Virus record (IMG/VR): IMGVR_UViG_3300044266_000359
Direction: 5' to 3' (one strand)
Source of the DNA: an uncultured virus (IMG/VR IMGVR_UViG_3300044266_000359)
Lineage: Duplodnaviria; Heunggongvirae; Uroviricota; Caudoviricetes
Length of the DNA stretch: 64,000 bases
The translations under genes and the position numbers were made by a program. The notes beneath the pieces were generated by a model, which was not told the origin of the DNA, searched no databases, and worked only from the letters and a program-made list of their open reading frames with translations. Within the stretch, counting starts at the first letter, position 1. Every line of letters starts with the position of its first letter. Below, in pieces: positions 1-8,225 of this stretch.

Positions 1-4
1 TTCA

Positions 5-1123
5 ATGAATCGTGAATTGGAAAACATGATTGCTGAGTCAATGAGCATCAACATGAGCGACTCTACCGAAGGTGGCAAGAGCTTGACTGTTACTGCCACT
101 GATGACGACGCAATGGCCCTGGCATCCATGCTGCAAAACGCAGGAATTGGCGGTGCACCAGAAGGCGAAGTTGAAGTTGTAGGAACACAAAGCCCAATCT
201 CCGGCGACGAAGGTGAGTGTCCAACTTGCGGTAGTCACGATTGTGGTTGCGGCGATATCGAAGAAGCACTCAGTGAAAATGAGCCAGACTGGCCAACAGA
301 CGAAGTTAAAAGCGACGATGCTATGCAATACAGCGGCGGCTTGAATGGTCCTAAGACAACTGGACAAACCACTGCACCTGTTATTGCTGCACAAAGCGAT
401 CGCCTTGGCGTTGACAGCGATGAACTACGTCGCTTACGTGAAATGGCAGGTATTCAAGAAGACACCGAAGATTGGACAGTTGATACTACTCAACGAGTCC
501 CACAAACTCCTCAGTTTAGTATCAATCGCTATCTTAAGGATCCAACAATCGCCCAATATAGCGACGCATTGTTCGGACTGTTACAAAACTACAGTGATGA
601 CGACGCAAAACTTGCCGATTTAGTCAAGCGTTATACATTGCCTTCAGAACGCGAACGTGAATTTAACAGAATGAAAAATCTTGTTAATTATTACAAACAA
701 CGCAACGCTGCATCAATGGCATCATTCAGTGCTAGACAAGATGCTGAAAAAGCACAACAAGCAAAGCAACAGCAACAGCAACAAGCAGGCACAATGGCTG
801 CTGCTAAAAAAGGTATTTCTGGTATGTACGAGCAAGAGCAAGTCATGGCCCCTGAGTCGATCGAAGAAGCGCAGGAAATATGCGAAGTCTGCGAAGCTGT
901 TCCTTGCAAGTGCGACGAAAGCATTGAAGAAAGCCTATCTCGCTTCCGTAGCCTAGCTGGTATTCAAGAAGCTGCCAAGCCAGACTTCACAGATGTTGAC
1001 AAAGACGGTGATGAAGAAGAGTCTTGGAAAAAGGCCGAACAAGACAAGAAGGAAAAAGAAGATAAGAAAGTTGAAGAAAGTATTCTATCAATGACCAATC
1101 TTTGGAAGGCCTACAAAGGGTAA
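5..1123 (+). CDS. Acidic hypothetical protein, probable head/scaffold-associated (may be 5'-truncated by the window edge)
   Basis: Long ORF with two Cys clusters (CPTCGSHDCGC, CEVCEAVPCKC), repeated LxRxRxxAGIQE motif and a DxDxDG motif; upstream of terminase. Confidence 0.6.
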   Translation: MNRELENMIAESMSINMSDSTEGGKSLTVTATDDDAMALASMLQNAGIGGAPEGEVEVVGTQSPISGDEGECPTCGSHDCGCGDIEEALSENEPDWPTDEVKSDDAMQYSGGLNGPKTTGQTTAPVIAAQSDRLGVDSDELRRLREMAGIQEDTEDWTVDTTQRVPQTPQFSINRYLKDPTIAQYSDALFGLLQNYSDDDAKLADLVKRYTLPSEREREFNRMKNLVNYYKQRNAASMASFSARQDAEKAQQAKQQQQQQAGTMAAAKKGISGMYEQEQVMAPESIEEAQEICEVCEAVPCKCDESIEESLSRFRSLAGIQEAAKPDFTDVDKDGDEEESWKKAEQDKKEKEDKKVEESILSMTNLWKAYKG

Positions 1124-1125
1124 TC

Positions 1126-1293
1126 ATGGCATACAACACATACAATGAATCGTTAACCACTCCTCCTGTGCAGAATCCACATAGTCCTGCACAGGGCGGG
1201 TACCGTCAACAACCGGTTGATATTCCTGGTGTGTTAGATCAAACACGCAAGTTGTATCAACCTTATGTTCCTCAACAGAAAGATAGCAAATAA
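1126..1293 (+). CDS. Small hypothetical protein
   Basis: ATG 2 nt after the previous stop; TAATG overlap with the next gene. Confidence 0.6.
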   Translation: MAYNTYNESLTTPPVQNPHSPAQGGYRQQPVDIPGVLDQTRKLYQPYVPQQKDSK

Positions 1294-1586
1294 TGTCTGC
1301 TAATGTTTATACATCTCTTGCCAATGCTGTGGTTTACACAGATAAACTGCGTATTAGCACAGGCTCAACTCCTGTGACATATCAAGTATATGCCACAGCA
1401 TTGGGCACTGCAAATGCTGTTGGAAACTTATATTCTGCTGCGATTCAACTCCCAGCGGCAACCACACGAGATGTCTATGCTGGCGCAGGCAACAAAGTTA
1501 CTGTAACTGGATCTAATTGGACTGCGCTTGAGGTAGGTACAGCAAGTTCAGCTCAAGCTGGCGTAATTGGAGCCGGGAGCAACTGA
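1293..1586 (+). CDS. Hypothetical beta-rich (Ala/Thr/Gly/Val) protein, possibly virion
   Basis: Stop/start overlaps on both sides; composition. Confidence 0.6.
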   Translation: MSANVYTSLANAVVYTDKLRISTGSTPVTYQVYATALGTANAVGNLYSAAIQLPAATTRDVYAGAGNKVTVTGSNWTALEVGTASSAQAGVIGAGSN

Positions 1587-1966
1587 TGAGAGCTCGTGAA
1601 TTCGTTGCTGAGGGCAGCCGAGGAGGCACGAGATCCAATGCTGCTCACGACTTTGAACGTGCTCATCCTGGCATGGTTGCACCGGGAGGTACCGGTGATG
1701 TATATTGGGGTCGGTATTATGACTTTTATCGAGTTTGTAGCTTGGCTGGCATGAACCCTGAAGACCTGGCCAAGACCGACGACATCAACTTCTTTGGCAA
1801 CTTGCCTATTTACAGCGCATACACAGATTATGACCGTGACAAACTCAAGGCCATCATGAAGAAACTAAAGATGAAGCCTAGAGATAGCATCAGCAATGGC
1901 AGTCACGAAACTGATGGCACCAACAGCACAAGCCCAGTCAAGGCCTTCAAAGGCTACAAGAGATAA
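1586..1966 (+). CDS. Putative internal head protein, paralogue A
   Basis: N-terminus MRAREFVAE resembles the T4 capsid-targeting sequence MKTYQEFIAE; C-terminus SPVKAFKGY. Confidence 0.6.
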   Translation: MRAREFVAEGSRGGTRSNAAHDFERAHPGMVAPGGTGDVYWGRYYDFYRVCSLAGMNPEDLAKTDDINFFGNLPIYSAYTDYDRDKLKAIMKKLKMKPRDSISNGSHETDGTNSTSPVKAFKGYKR

Positions 1967-1968
1967 TC

Positions 1969-2859
1969 ATGTGCATTATCGTTGCCAAATATTTTCCTGG
2001 CATTGGGTGGGCCGGTGCTAAGAATCGAGACCGCAAATACATTCCCAAATTGGATTTTATTGAAAGTGAAAAGAATGGCGTGGATCGCATGATGATGCAC
2101 GATCAAATCACTGGCTACAAAGAAGGCATTAACAGTCACGGTATCAGCATACTCAATACAAGTCTAGACTGCCTAGAAGATGAACCCGACGTTGAAGCAG
2201 GAACTGCTGATTCCAGTCCCGATGGCCAACTTATTGCCGCAGCATTGCTCAAAGACAATGTTCAAGATGCAGTTAAACTACTAATCAAGCACAAGCTAGT
2301 GGGTTGCACTATTGTATTTGATCAACACGAATTGTATCTAATAGAAGGCTGTGACCTAGATGGTACTGCACCTTACCGATACAAAGTCAAACAAATTCCG
2401 CGAACAGAAACTGTGACAAGAACCAATCATGGTATATGGATGCCTTGGGCTGGGTTTCAACGAGACTCAGGAGATAAACAACAAGAATTAGATCGTATCT
2501 CCAGCGAAGCAAGATTTGCTCAAGCCGAACGAGTGGTGAAATACGCAGAAGATCCTGAAGATTTAGTAGATGGCCTGTGTCAAGTGTACATCAATAACCC
2601 TCAGCTAAATATTATGAGAACAAGCACCGATACTAACAAGTATCGAACTACCAGTCAACAACTGTGTGTACCCAGAGAAAAAACACTGTATTGTCGACCC
2701 GTTAGCAGCCATTTAGAATTTGATTTCTGGAGGCTCAACAGACCCGAAACTCGTGTGTGGGTAGAAATATTAAGTAATCGTGCTTTGTGGCAGAATACTC
2801 GTGGTGAGCCACCATTTGGGCACTTGAATTTAAAGGACGTTGACAATGAGAGCAAGTGA
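1969..2859 (+). CDS. Ntn-hydrolase family protein (N-terminal Cys nucleophile; C45/NRDE-like)
   Basis: M-C-I-I start, KNRD, GINSHG and RTNH motifs. Confidence 0.65.
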   Translation: MCIIVAKYFPGIGWAGAKNRDRKYIPKLDFIESEKNGVDRMMMHDQITGYKEGINSHGISILNTSLDCLEDEPDVEAGTADSSPDGQLIAAALLKDNVQDAVKLLIKHKLVGCTIVFDQHELYLIEGCDLDGTAPYRYKVKQIPRTETVTRTNHGIWMPWAGFQRDSGDKQQELDRISSEARFAQAERVVKYAEDPEDLVDGLCQVYINNPQLNIMRTSTDTNKYRTTSQQLCVPREKTLYCRPVSSHLEFDFWRLNRPETRVWVEILSNRALWQNTRGEPPFGHLNLKDVDNESK

Positions 2860-3244
2860 GTTTGTAACTGAGGCAAGATTTGGCAGCGCCAAAGACGTTC
2901 CTGCCAGTGCTAAGAAACTGCCAAATCATCAAGTGTCCGCAATGAAAGGCATGATCAGTATGCCTGACATTTCAATGACCAAACAAGGTGGAAGTCCTTA
3001 CGCACAATGGCGTTTTGGTATTGCCATGGCCGGTGCTCCTGACTATCCCACCGAACCAGCCGGCGCATTTGCTGGTGACCCGCTGTTGGCTACATACTCA
3101 GACGCCGATATGGAAATCATTAACTCTGCTGCCAAAATGATCGGCGCGGGCCGTGTTAACAAAGTCACTGACAATCGCAGCACCGAGCACCCGGCTATTC
3201 ACAAAGTCAGTCCTGTCAAGGGCTTTGCGGGATATCCAAGATGA
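2846..3244 (+). CDS. Putative internal head protein, paralogue B
   Basis: MRASEFVTE ... QWRFGIAMAGA ... SPVKGFAGY. Confidence 0.6.
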   Translation: MRASEFVTEARFGSAKDVPASAKKLPNHQVSAMKGMISMPDISMTKQGGSPYAQWRFGIAMAGAPDYPTEPAGAFAGDPLLATYSDADMEIINSAAKMIGAGRVNKVTDNRSTEHPAIHKVSPVKGFAGYPR

Positions 3245-3627
3245 GAGCCCGAGAGTTTGTGAGCGAAGCCAAAACAGGCACAATCACCCGTGATGTAGGC
3301 TTGGCCTTGCCTGGTGCTTTTAAGATACCTGCACTTAAAAATCAAGATCCTTACTTACAATATCGCTTTGGTGTAGCCATTGCTGGCGCCAAAGGTGCAG
3401 CTCAACGTGCTAAAGACGGTGTGCCAGATTTCGACGGTGCTGAATCTGTTTTTGGTGAAAACGAAATTGTTATAAGCTATGATCCGCATGTTGAAGTATA
3501 CATCAAAGATGCTTTAAGAGCCATGGGACTTCCGCCTAGCGATGCCAAACGCATCGGCACACAAGCATCTGAAGAGGCACCAGATGTAGCAAAAACAAGT
3601 CCTGTAAAGGCATTCCAAGGATACTAA
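3241..3627 (+). CDS. Putative internal head protein, paralogue C
   Basis: MRAREFVSE ... QYRFGVAIAGA ... SPVKAFQGY. Confidence 0.6.
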   Translation: MRAREFVSEAKTGTITRDVGLALPGAFKIPALKNQDPYLQYRFGVAIAGAKGAAQRAKDGVPDFDGAESVFGENEIVISYDPHVEVYIKDALRAMGLPPSDAKRIGTQASEEAPDVAKTSPVKAFQGY

Positions 3628-3629
3628 AA

Positions 3630-4628
3630 ATGGCAACACCAGACCCACAAGAAGTAGCACCATGGTACCTACGTAATATAAACCAAGCCTTGGCACTGAA
3701 CAGCGCCACAGGCAATGTATATGTACGAACTGACGCCCAACTTACTGTTGGCAATGTCGGCAATGTTATTGTCAGCGAAGTAAGTGTCAACGATTTGGGT
3801 AATGTTGATATCAGTGGCAATACTATGCCAGTGTCGGGCAACGTCACTGTTGCTCAAGGCACAACTCCTTGGTCGGTGGCCGGAAACGTCACTGCCTCAT
3901 TAACTGGTAACTCACTGCCAACAGGCAAGCCCTGGCAGCTTCAAGTAGCACAAGGGCAAATTGCTGGTGTTGCTGGTTTGAGCATTAGCGGTTATGGAGC
4001 TGGTGTTGGTACAAATTTTATACCAGCATGGGAATTGGACACTGCATATACCTATTTGCCATCTGCTCAAGTGGTTCGTGTATGGAGCTCCAGCACAAGC
4101 GATACCAATGTAAGCGTATTGATCAACGGCCTGGATTCTAACTATGTTCTTCAAACAGAAACTGTAGTTCTAAACAACGGCATCACTGGTGTGTTGTCCA
4201 TCAAACAGTTTTTGAGAATAAATGGTATTTCTATAACAGGTTCTGTACAGAACATAGGAACAATCAGTGTGGGCAACAGTGGTAAAACCATTACATCTGC
4301 TGTTATAGGCAATGTCTCAAACGTCACTGCTGGACGTAGCCAAATGACAGTGTATACTGTTCCCGCAGGATACACATTCTATCTCACACAAAGTAACTGG
4401 TACACCAACCAAACAGGAAGCCAAACAGCACTATATCGTTCTTGGACACAATCGCCTTCTGGTATTGTTAATATTGTTTTAACATTTCCGATGCAGCAAC
4501 AATATAATTCAACCAAAGTAGTTCCTCGTCCTTACACTGAAAAAACAGACATACAATGGCAAGTTGCAAGCAGCTCAGGCACCAGTAAAATCGGTGGACA
4601 AATCGAAGGATACTTGATCGCAAACTAA
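3630..4628 (+). CDS. Hypothetical beta-rich virion-like protein
   Basis: 332-aa ORF with repeated xGNV(T/D) units; Gly/Ser/Thr/Val rich. Confidence 0.55.
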   Translation: MATPDPQEVAPWYLRNINQALALNSATGNVYVRTDAQLTVGNVGNVIVSEVSVNDLGNVDISGNTMPVSGNVTVAQGTTPWSVAGNVTASLTGNSLPTGKPWQLQVAQGQIAGVAGLSISGYGAGVGTNFIPAWELDTAYTYLPSAQVVRVWSSSTSDTNVSVLINGLDSNYVLQTETVVLNNGITGVLSIKQFLRINGISITGSVQNIGTISVGNSGKTITSAVIGNVSNVTAGRSQMTVYTVPAGYTFYLTQSNWYTNQTGSQTALYRSWTQSPSGIVNIVLTFPMQQQYNSTKVVPRPYTEKTDIQWQVASSSGTSKIGGQIEGYLIAN

Positions 4629-4670
4629 TCACAAATACTATGGCCAAAGAAAATTTGCCATAATTATGTG

Positions 4671-5792
4671 ATGCGATTTCATATTCTAGGTCTCCCTCAC
4701 ACAGTCAGCAGCAAAGAATACAACGCCTGCGCCTACACCCAAAAAGTTGTTAAATTTGGTAAAATGATGAAAGCCCGCGGGCACGAAATCATTCACTATG
4801 GCCACGAAGATTCTGATTTGGTCTGCGACGAACATGTCACAGTGATAACCAACGACGATTGGGCCCAGGCCTATGGCGACTACGATTGGCGTAAAAACTT
4901 TTTCAAGTTTGACGTTCAAGATCATGCTTACCAAACTTTCTACCGAAATGCCATCCGTGAAGTAGGATTGAGAAAACAACGTCATGATTTTATTCTACCA
5001 TTCTGGGGCTCGGGCGTGCGCCCTGTGTGCGATGCACATCCTGATTTGATTTGTGTAGAGCCGGGCATAGGTTATGCCGGGGGCCATTGGGCACGTTGGA
5101 AGATATTTGAAAGCTATGCTATCTATCATGCCTACTATGGACTAGAGGCTGTGGGCACATGCAAACAAGATTGGTATGATGCTGTAATACCTAACTACTT
5201 CGATCCAGACGACTTTGACTTCAGTGCCGAAAAGGATGATTACTTTTTGTTCCTGGGCAGAGTGTATTCTGGCAAGGGCACTCACATTGCCATTCAAGCC
5301 ACAGAAGCCACAGGAGACCGATTGATAATTGCCGGACAGAATCCTGAAAATCAAAGCTTCCCTCCGCATGTGGAATTTGTGGGTTATGCTGATGTAGAGC
5401 GCCGCAGGCAGTTGATGAGTCGTGCCCGGGGTGCGTTTGTTGCCAGTCAGTATGTTGAGCCGTTTGGTGGCGTGCAAATAGAAATGCTGATGTCAGGTAC
5501 GCCTACTATAACCACGGACTGGGGCAGTTTCACTGAAAACAACATACACGGAGTCACTGGGTATAGATGCAGAACATTTGAACAGTTCTGTTGGGCTGCA
5601 AAAAATATCCACAACATTGATCCACATGCCTGCAGGACCTGGGCAGAGAATTTTACCATGGAACGTGTGGCAAAGATGTACGAAGAATATTTCCAAATGG
5701 TACTGGATGTATATGCTGGCCGCGGTTGGTATGAAACACACAATCGCACTGAGCTAGATTGGTTGTCCAAAAAGTATCCAATCGCTAAATAA
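4671..5792 (+). CDS. Glycosyltransferase, GT4/group 1 (GT-B fold)
   Basis: [11 protein letters not shown] and [16 protein letters not shown] (EX7E) motifs. Confidence 0.85.
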   Translation: MRFHILGLPHTVSSKEYNACAYTQKVVKFGKMMKARGHEIIHYGHEDSDLVCDEHVTVITNDDWAQAYGDYDWRKNFFKFDVQDHAYQTFYRNAIREVGLRKQRHDFILPFWGSGVRPVCDAHPDLICVEPGIGYAGGHWARWKIFESYAIYHAYYGLEAVGTCKQDWYDAVIPNYFDPDDFDFSAEKDDYFLFLGRVYSGKGTHIAIQATEATGDRLIIAGQNPENQSFPPHVEFVGYADVERRRQLMSRARGAFVASQYVEPFGGVQIEMLMSGTPTITTDWGSFTENNIHGVTGYRCRTFEQFCWAAKNIHNIDPHACRTWAENFTMERVAKMYEEYFQMVLDVYAGRGWYETHNRTELDWLSKKYPIAK

Positions 5793-5815
5793 ACTACATA
5801 CATTAAGGAACCAAC

Positions 5816-6628
5816 ATGAAAAAATTATTTGCTTTGCTAATGTTGGCAGTTTCTTTTGCTGCTAACTCATGGGACCAACGTGCTCCACTGCCACCTCAAG
5901 CTTGTCAAGTGCATAGTCCTTGGGGGTTTGCTCAAACAGCCAGACCAGCAGGTCCGATTTGCCGTGAAGCATATCTAGTTGCCTATGATGCTCCTGTTAA
6001 GATTCCTGCTTATGTGGCTTATACACTGTTGCCACAAAACGCTCTGGGTTGTTTTCCACGCACCAACGCTTTCGTAGCTGACGCCAGCGTACCTGGTGGA
6101 GCCAGACCCGATGACTATGCTGGTACAGGCTACGACAAAGGACATGCTGCGCCCGACGGCGACCTAAGCTGGTCACAACAAGTGGAGTACGAAAGTTTTT
6201 TAATGACAAACATGTATCCTCAACACGGTTCTTTGAATCGAGGAATATGGAAGTTGTTAGAGACATCCGTCAGAGGCTGGGCCGTGCAGCTGAACCAACC
6301 TTTTACTATATACGTTGGCGCATTTTATGGCGCTGGTAACGAATTTATCGGCAATGGTGTAATTGTTCCAAATGGCTATTACAAGATTGTTGTCAACCAA
6401 GCCACTGGACAAATTGCTGGCTGGGCATTCCCCCACAACAAGCCTTATCAAAACCTAGGCAACGACTTGACCAAGTTTCGTGTGCCTGTAGCACAAATTC
6501 AACAGCAGGCAGGAATTCAATACCGATTCCCAGCCAACGCTCAAGAAGTTGCACCCGGTAAAGAATGGCCGGTGGACTACGGCGCATTAACCAATGCCAA
6601 ACGTGCCAAGTGTGGCCGTGCTGATTAA
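5816..6628 (+). CDS. Sugar-nonspecific DNA/RNA endonuclease (NucA/EndoG family) with signal peptide
   Basis: YDKGHAAP, SFLMTNMYPQ, NRGIWKLLE motifs; N-terminal MKKLFALLMLAVSFAANS. Confidence 0.9.
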   Translation: MKKLFALLMLAVSFAANSWDQRAPLPPQACQVHSPWGFAQTARPAGPICREAYLVAYDAPVKIPAYVAYTLLPQNALGCFPRTNAFVADASVPGGARPDDYAGTGYDKGHAAPDGDLSWSQQVEYESFLMTNMYPQHGSLNRGIWKLLETSVRGWAVQLNQPFTIYVGAFYGAGNEFIGNGVIVPNGYYKIVVNQATGQIAGWAFPHNKPYQNLGNDLTKFRVPVAQIQQQAGIQYRFPANAQEVAPGKEWPVDYGALTNAKRAKCGRAD

Positions 6629-6631
6629 TCA

Positions 6632-8212
6632 ATGTTACAACCTAAGAATTTAGAAACTGTACTTGTCAAAGCTCCTCATCGCAAGGAAGTGTACACCGAT
6701 GAGGAATTGCGAGAGTTTGCACTTTGCGCTGACCCTGCGAATGGTCCATTGTATTTTATGGACCATTTCTTCTACATTCAGCATCCTACTAGAGGCAAGA
6801 TGTTGTATCACCCGTTTGAGTACCAAACTCGTCTGATACATACCTACCACAATTATCGGTACTCAATCAGTCTCATGCCACGGCAAACAGGCAAGTCAAC
6901 ATCAGCAGCTGGTTACTTGTTGTGGTATGCTATGTTTGTGCCAGACTCAACAATCTTAATTGCTGCACACAAGTACACAGGCGCACAGGAAATCATGCAG
7001 CGTATTCGCTATGCATATGAACTGTGCCCCAACCATATCAGAGCTGGCGCAACCAGTTACAACAAAGGCTCCATAGACTTTGAAAATGGTAGTCGTATTG
7101 TTTCGCAAACCACAACTGAAACAACAGGCCGGGGTATGTCTATCTCGCTCCTATACGCTGACGAATTTGCGTTTGTAAGACCCACTATTGCCAAAGAGTT
7201 TTGGACTTCTATCAGTCCTACCTTGGCCACAGGTGGTAAAGCAATTATTACCAGTACCCCCAACTCCGACGAAGACCAGTTTGCATTCTTGTGGAAAGGT
7301 GCTAACAAAACAGAAGATGCTTATGGCAACCAAACAGAGCTGGGAATCAATGGATTCCGTGCGTTTCGCAGCTACTGGAGAGAACATCCCGATCGTGGAG
7401 ACGAATGGGGCGCAGAGCAATTGGCACAGTTGGGCGAGGACAGATTCCGTCGAGAGATTGACTGTGAGTTTGTGATCAACGACGAAACGCTGATTGCTCC
7501 TACCAAACTGATTGATTTAGAAGGCGTAGAACCCATTCGCCGCACCGGTCAAGTGCGCTGGTATAAAAACATCGAAAAAGATGCCATATATGTTGTGGCT
7601 CTGGATCCCAGCTTGGGCACAGGCGGCGATCCTGCTGCTATTCAAGTGTTTGACGCCAGAACAACAGAACAAGTTGCTGAATGGCGCCACAACAAAACTG
7701 ATATTCCCACGCAAGTGAGAATCATGATTGACATTGTGAAAGAACTGAATTCCATAGTAAAAGACGAAAAGAGCATATACTATTCGGTGGAGAACAATAC
7801 CATTGGTGAAGCTGCACTGATCTCCATTGCTGACTACGGCGAGCAAAACATACCTGGTTACTTCTTGAGTGACAATTCAGTAACAGGCACCAGTGGCCGC
7901 AAATTCCGCAAAGGATTCAACACTACCAATAAAGCCAAGCTAACTGCTTGTAACAAATTCAAGATTCTAGTGGAATCGGGCCGCATGAAAATCCGGAGCA
8001 AGAGCCTGATTTCTGAGCTCAAAACCTTTGTGGCCCTGGGCACAAGTTATGCAGCCAAGCCCGGTGAAACTGACGATCTTGTGATGGCCACCCTGTTGGT
8101 CACACGCATGCTAATGATGCTGCAAACATTTCATTCAGATCTGGACTCGCACCTCAAAGATCACAGCGATATGATAGTAGAACCACTTCCTTTTATTTCA
8201 ATGTTTCGGTAA
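6632..8212 (+). CDS. Terminase large subunit (T4 gp17-like)
   Basis: PRQTGKS Walker A, LLYADEFAF Walker B, ITSTPN, nuclease ALDPS and DDLVMA motifs. Confidence 0.95.
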   Translation: MLQPKNLETVLVKAPHRKEVYTDEELREFALCADPANGPLYFMDHFFYIQHPTRGKMLYHPFEYQTRLIHTYHNYRYSISLMPRQTGKSTSAAGYLLWYAMFVPDSTILIAAHKYTGAQEIMQRIRYAYELCPNHIRAGATSYNKGSIDFENGSRIVSQTTTETTGRGMSISLLYADEFAFVRPTIAKEFWTSISPTLATGGKAIITSTPNSDEDQFAFLWKGANKTEDAYGNQTELGINGFRAFRSYWREHPDRGDEWGAEQLAQLGEDRFRREIDCEFVINDETLIAPTKLIDLEGVEPIRRTGQVRWYKNIEKDAIYVVALDPSLGTGGDPAAIQVFDARTTEQVAEWRHNKTDIPTQVRIMIDIVKELNSIVKDEKSIYYSVENNTIGEAALISIADYGEQNIPGYFLSDNSVTGTSGRKFRKGFNTTNKAKLTACNKFKILVESGRMKIRSKSLISELKTFVALGTSYAAKPGETDDLVMATLLVTRMLMMLQTFHSDLDSHLKDHSDMIVEPLPFISMFR

Positions 8213-8225
8213 TAAATAACACACT

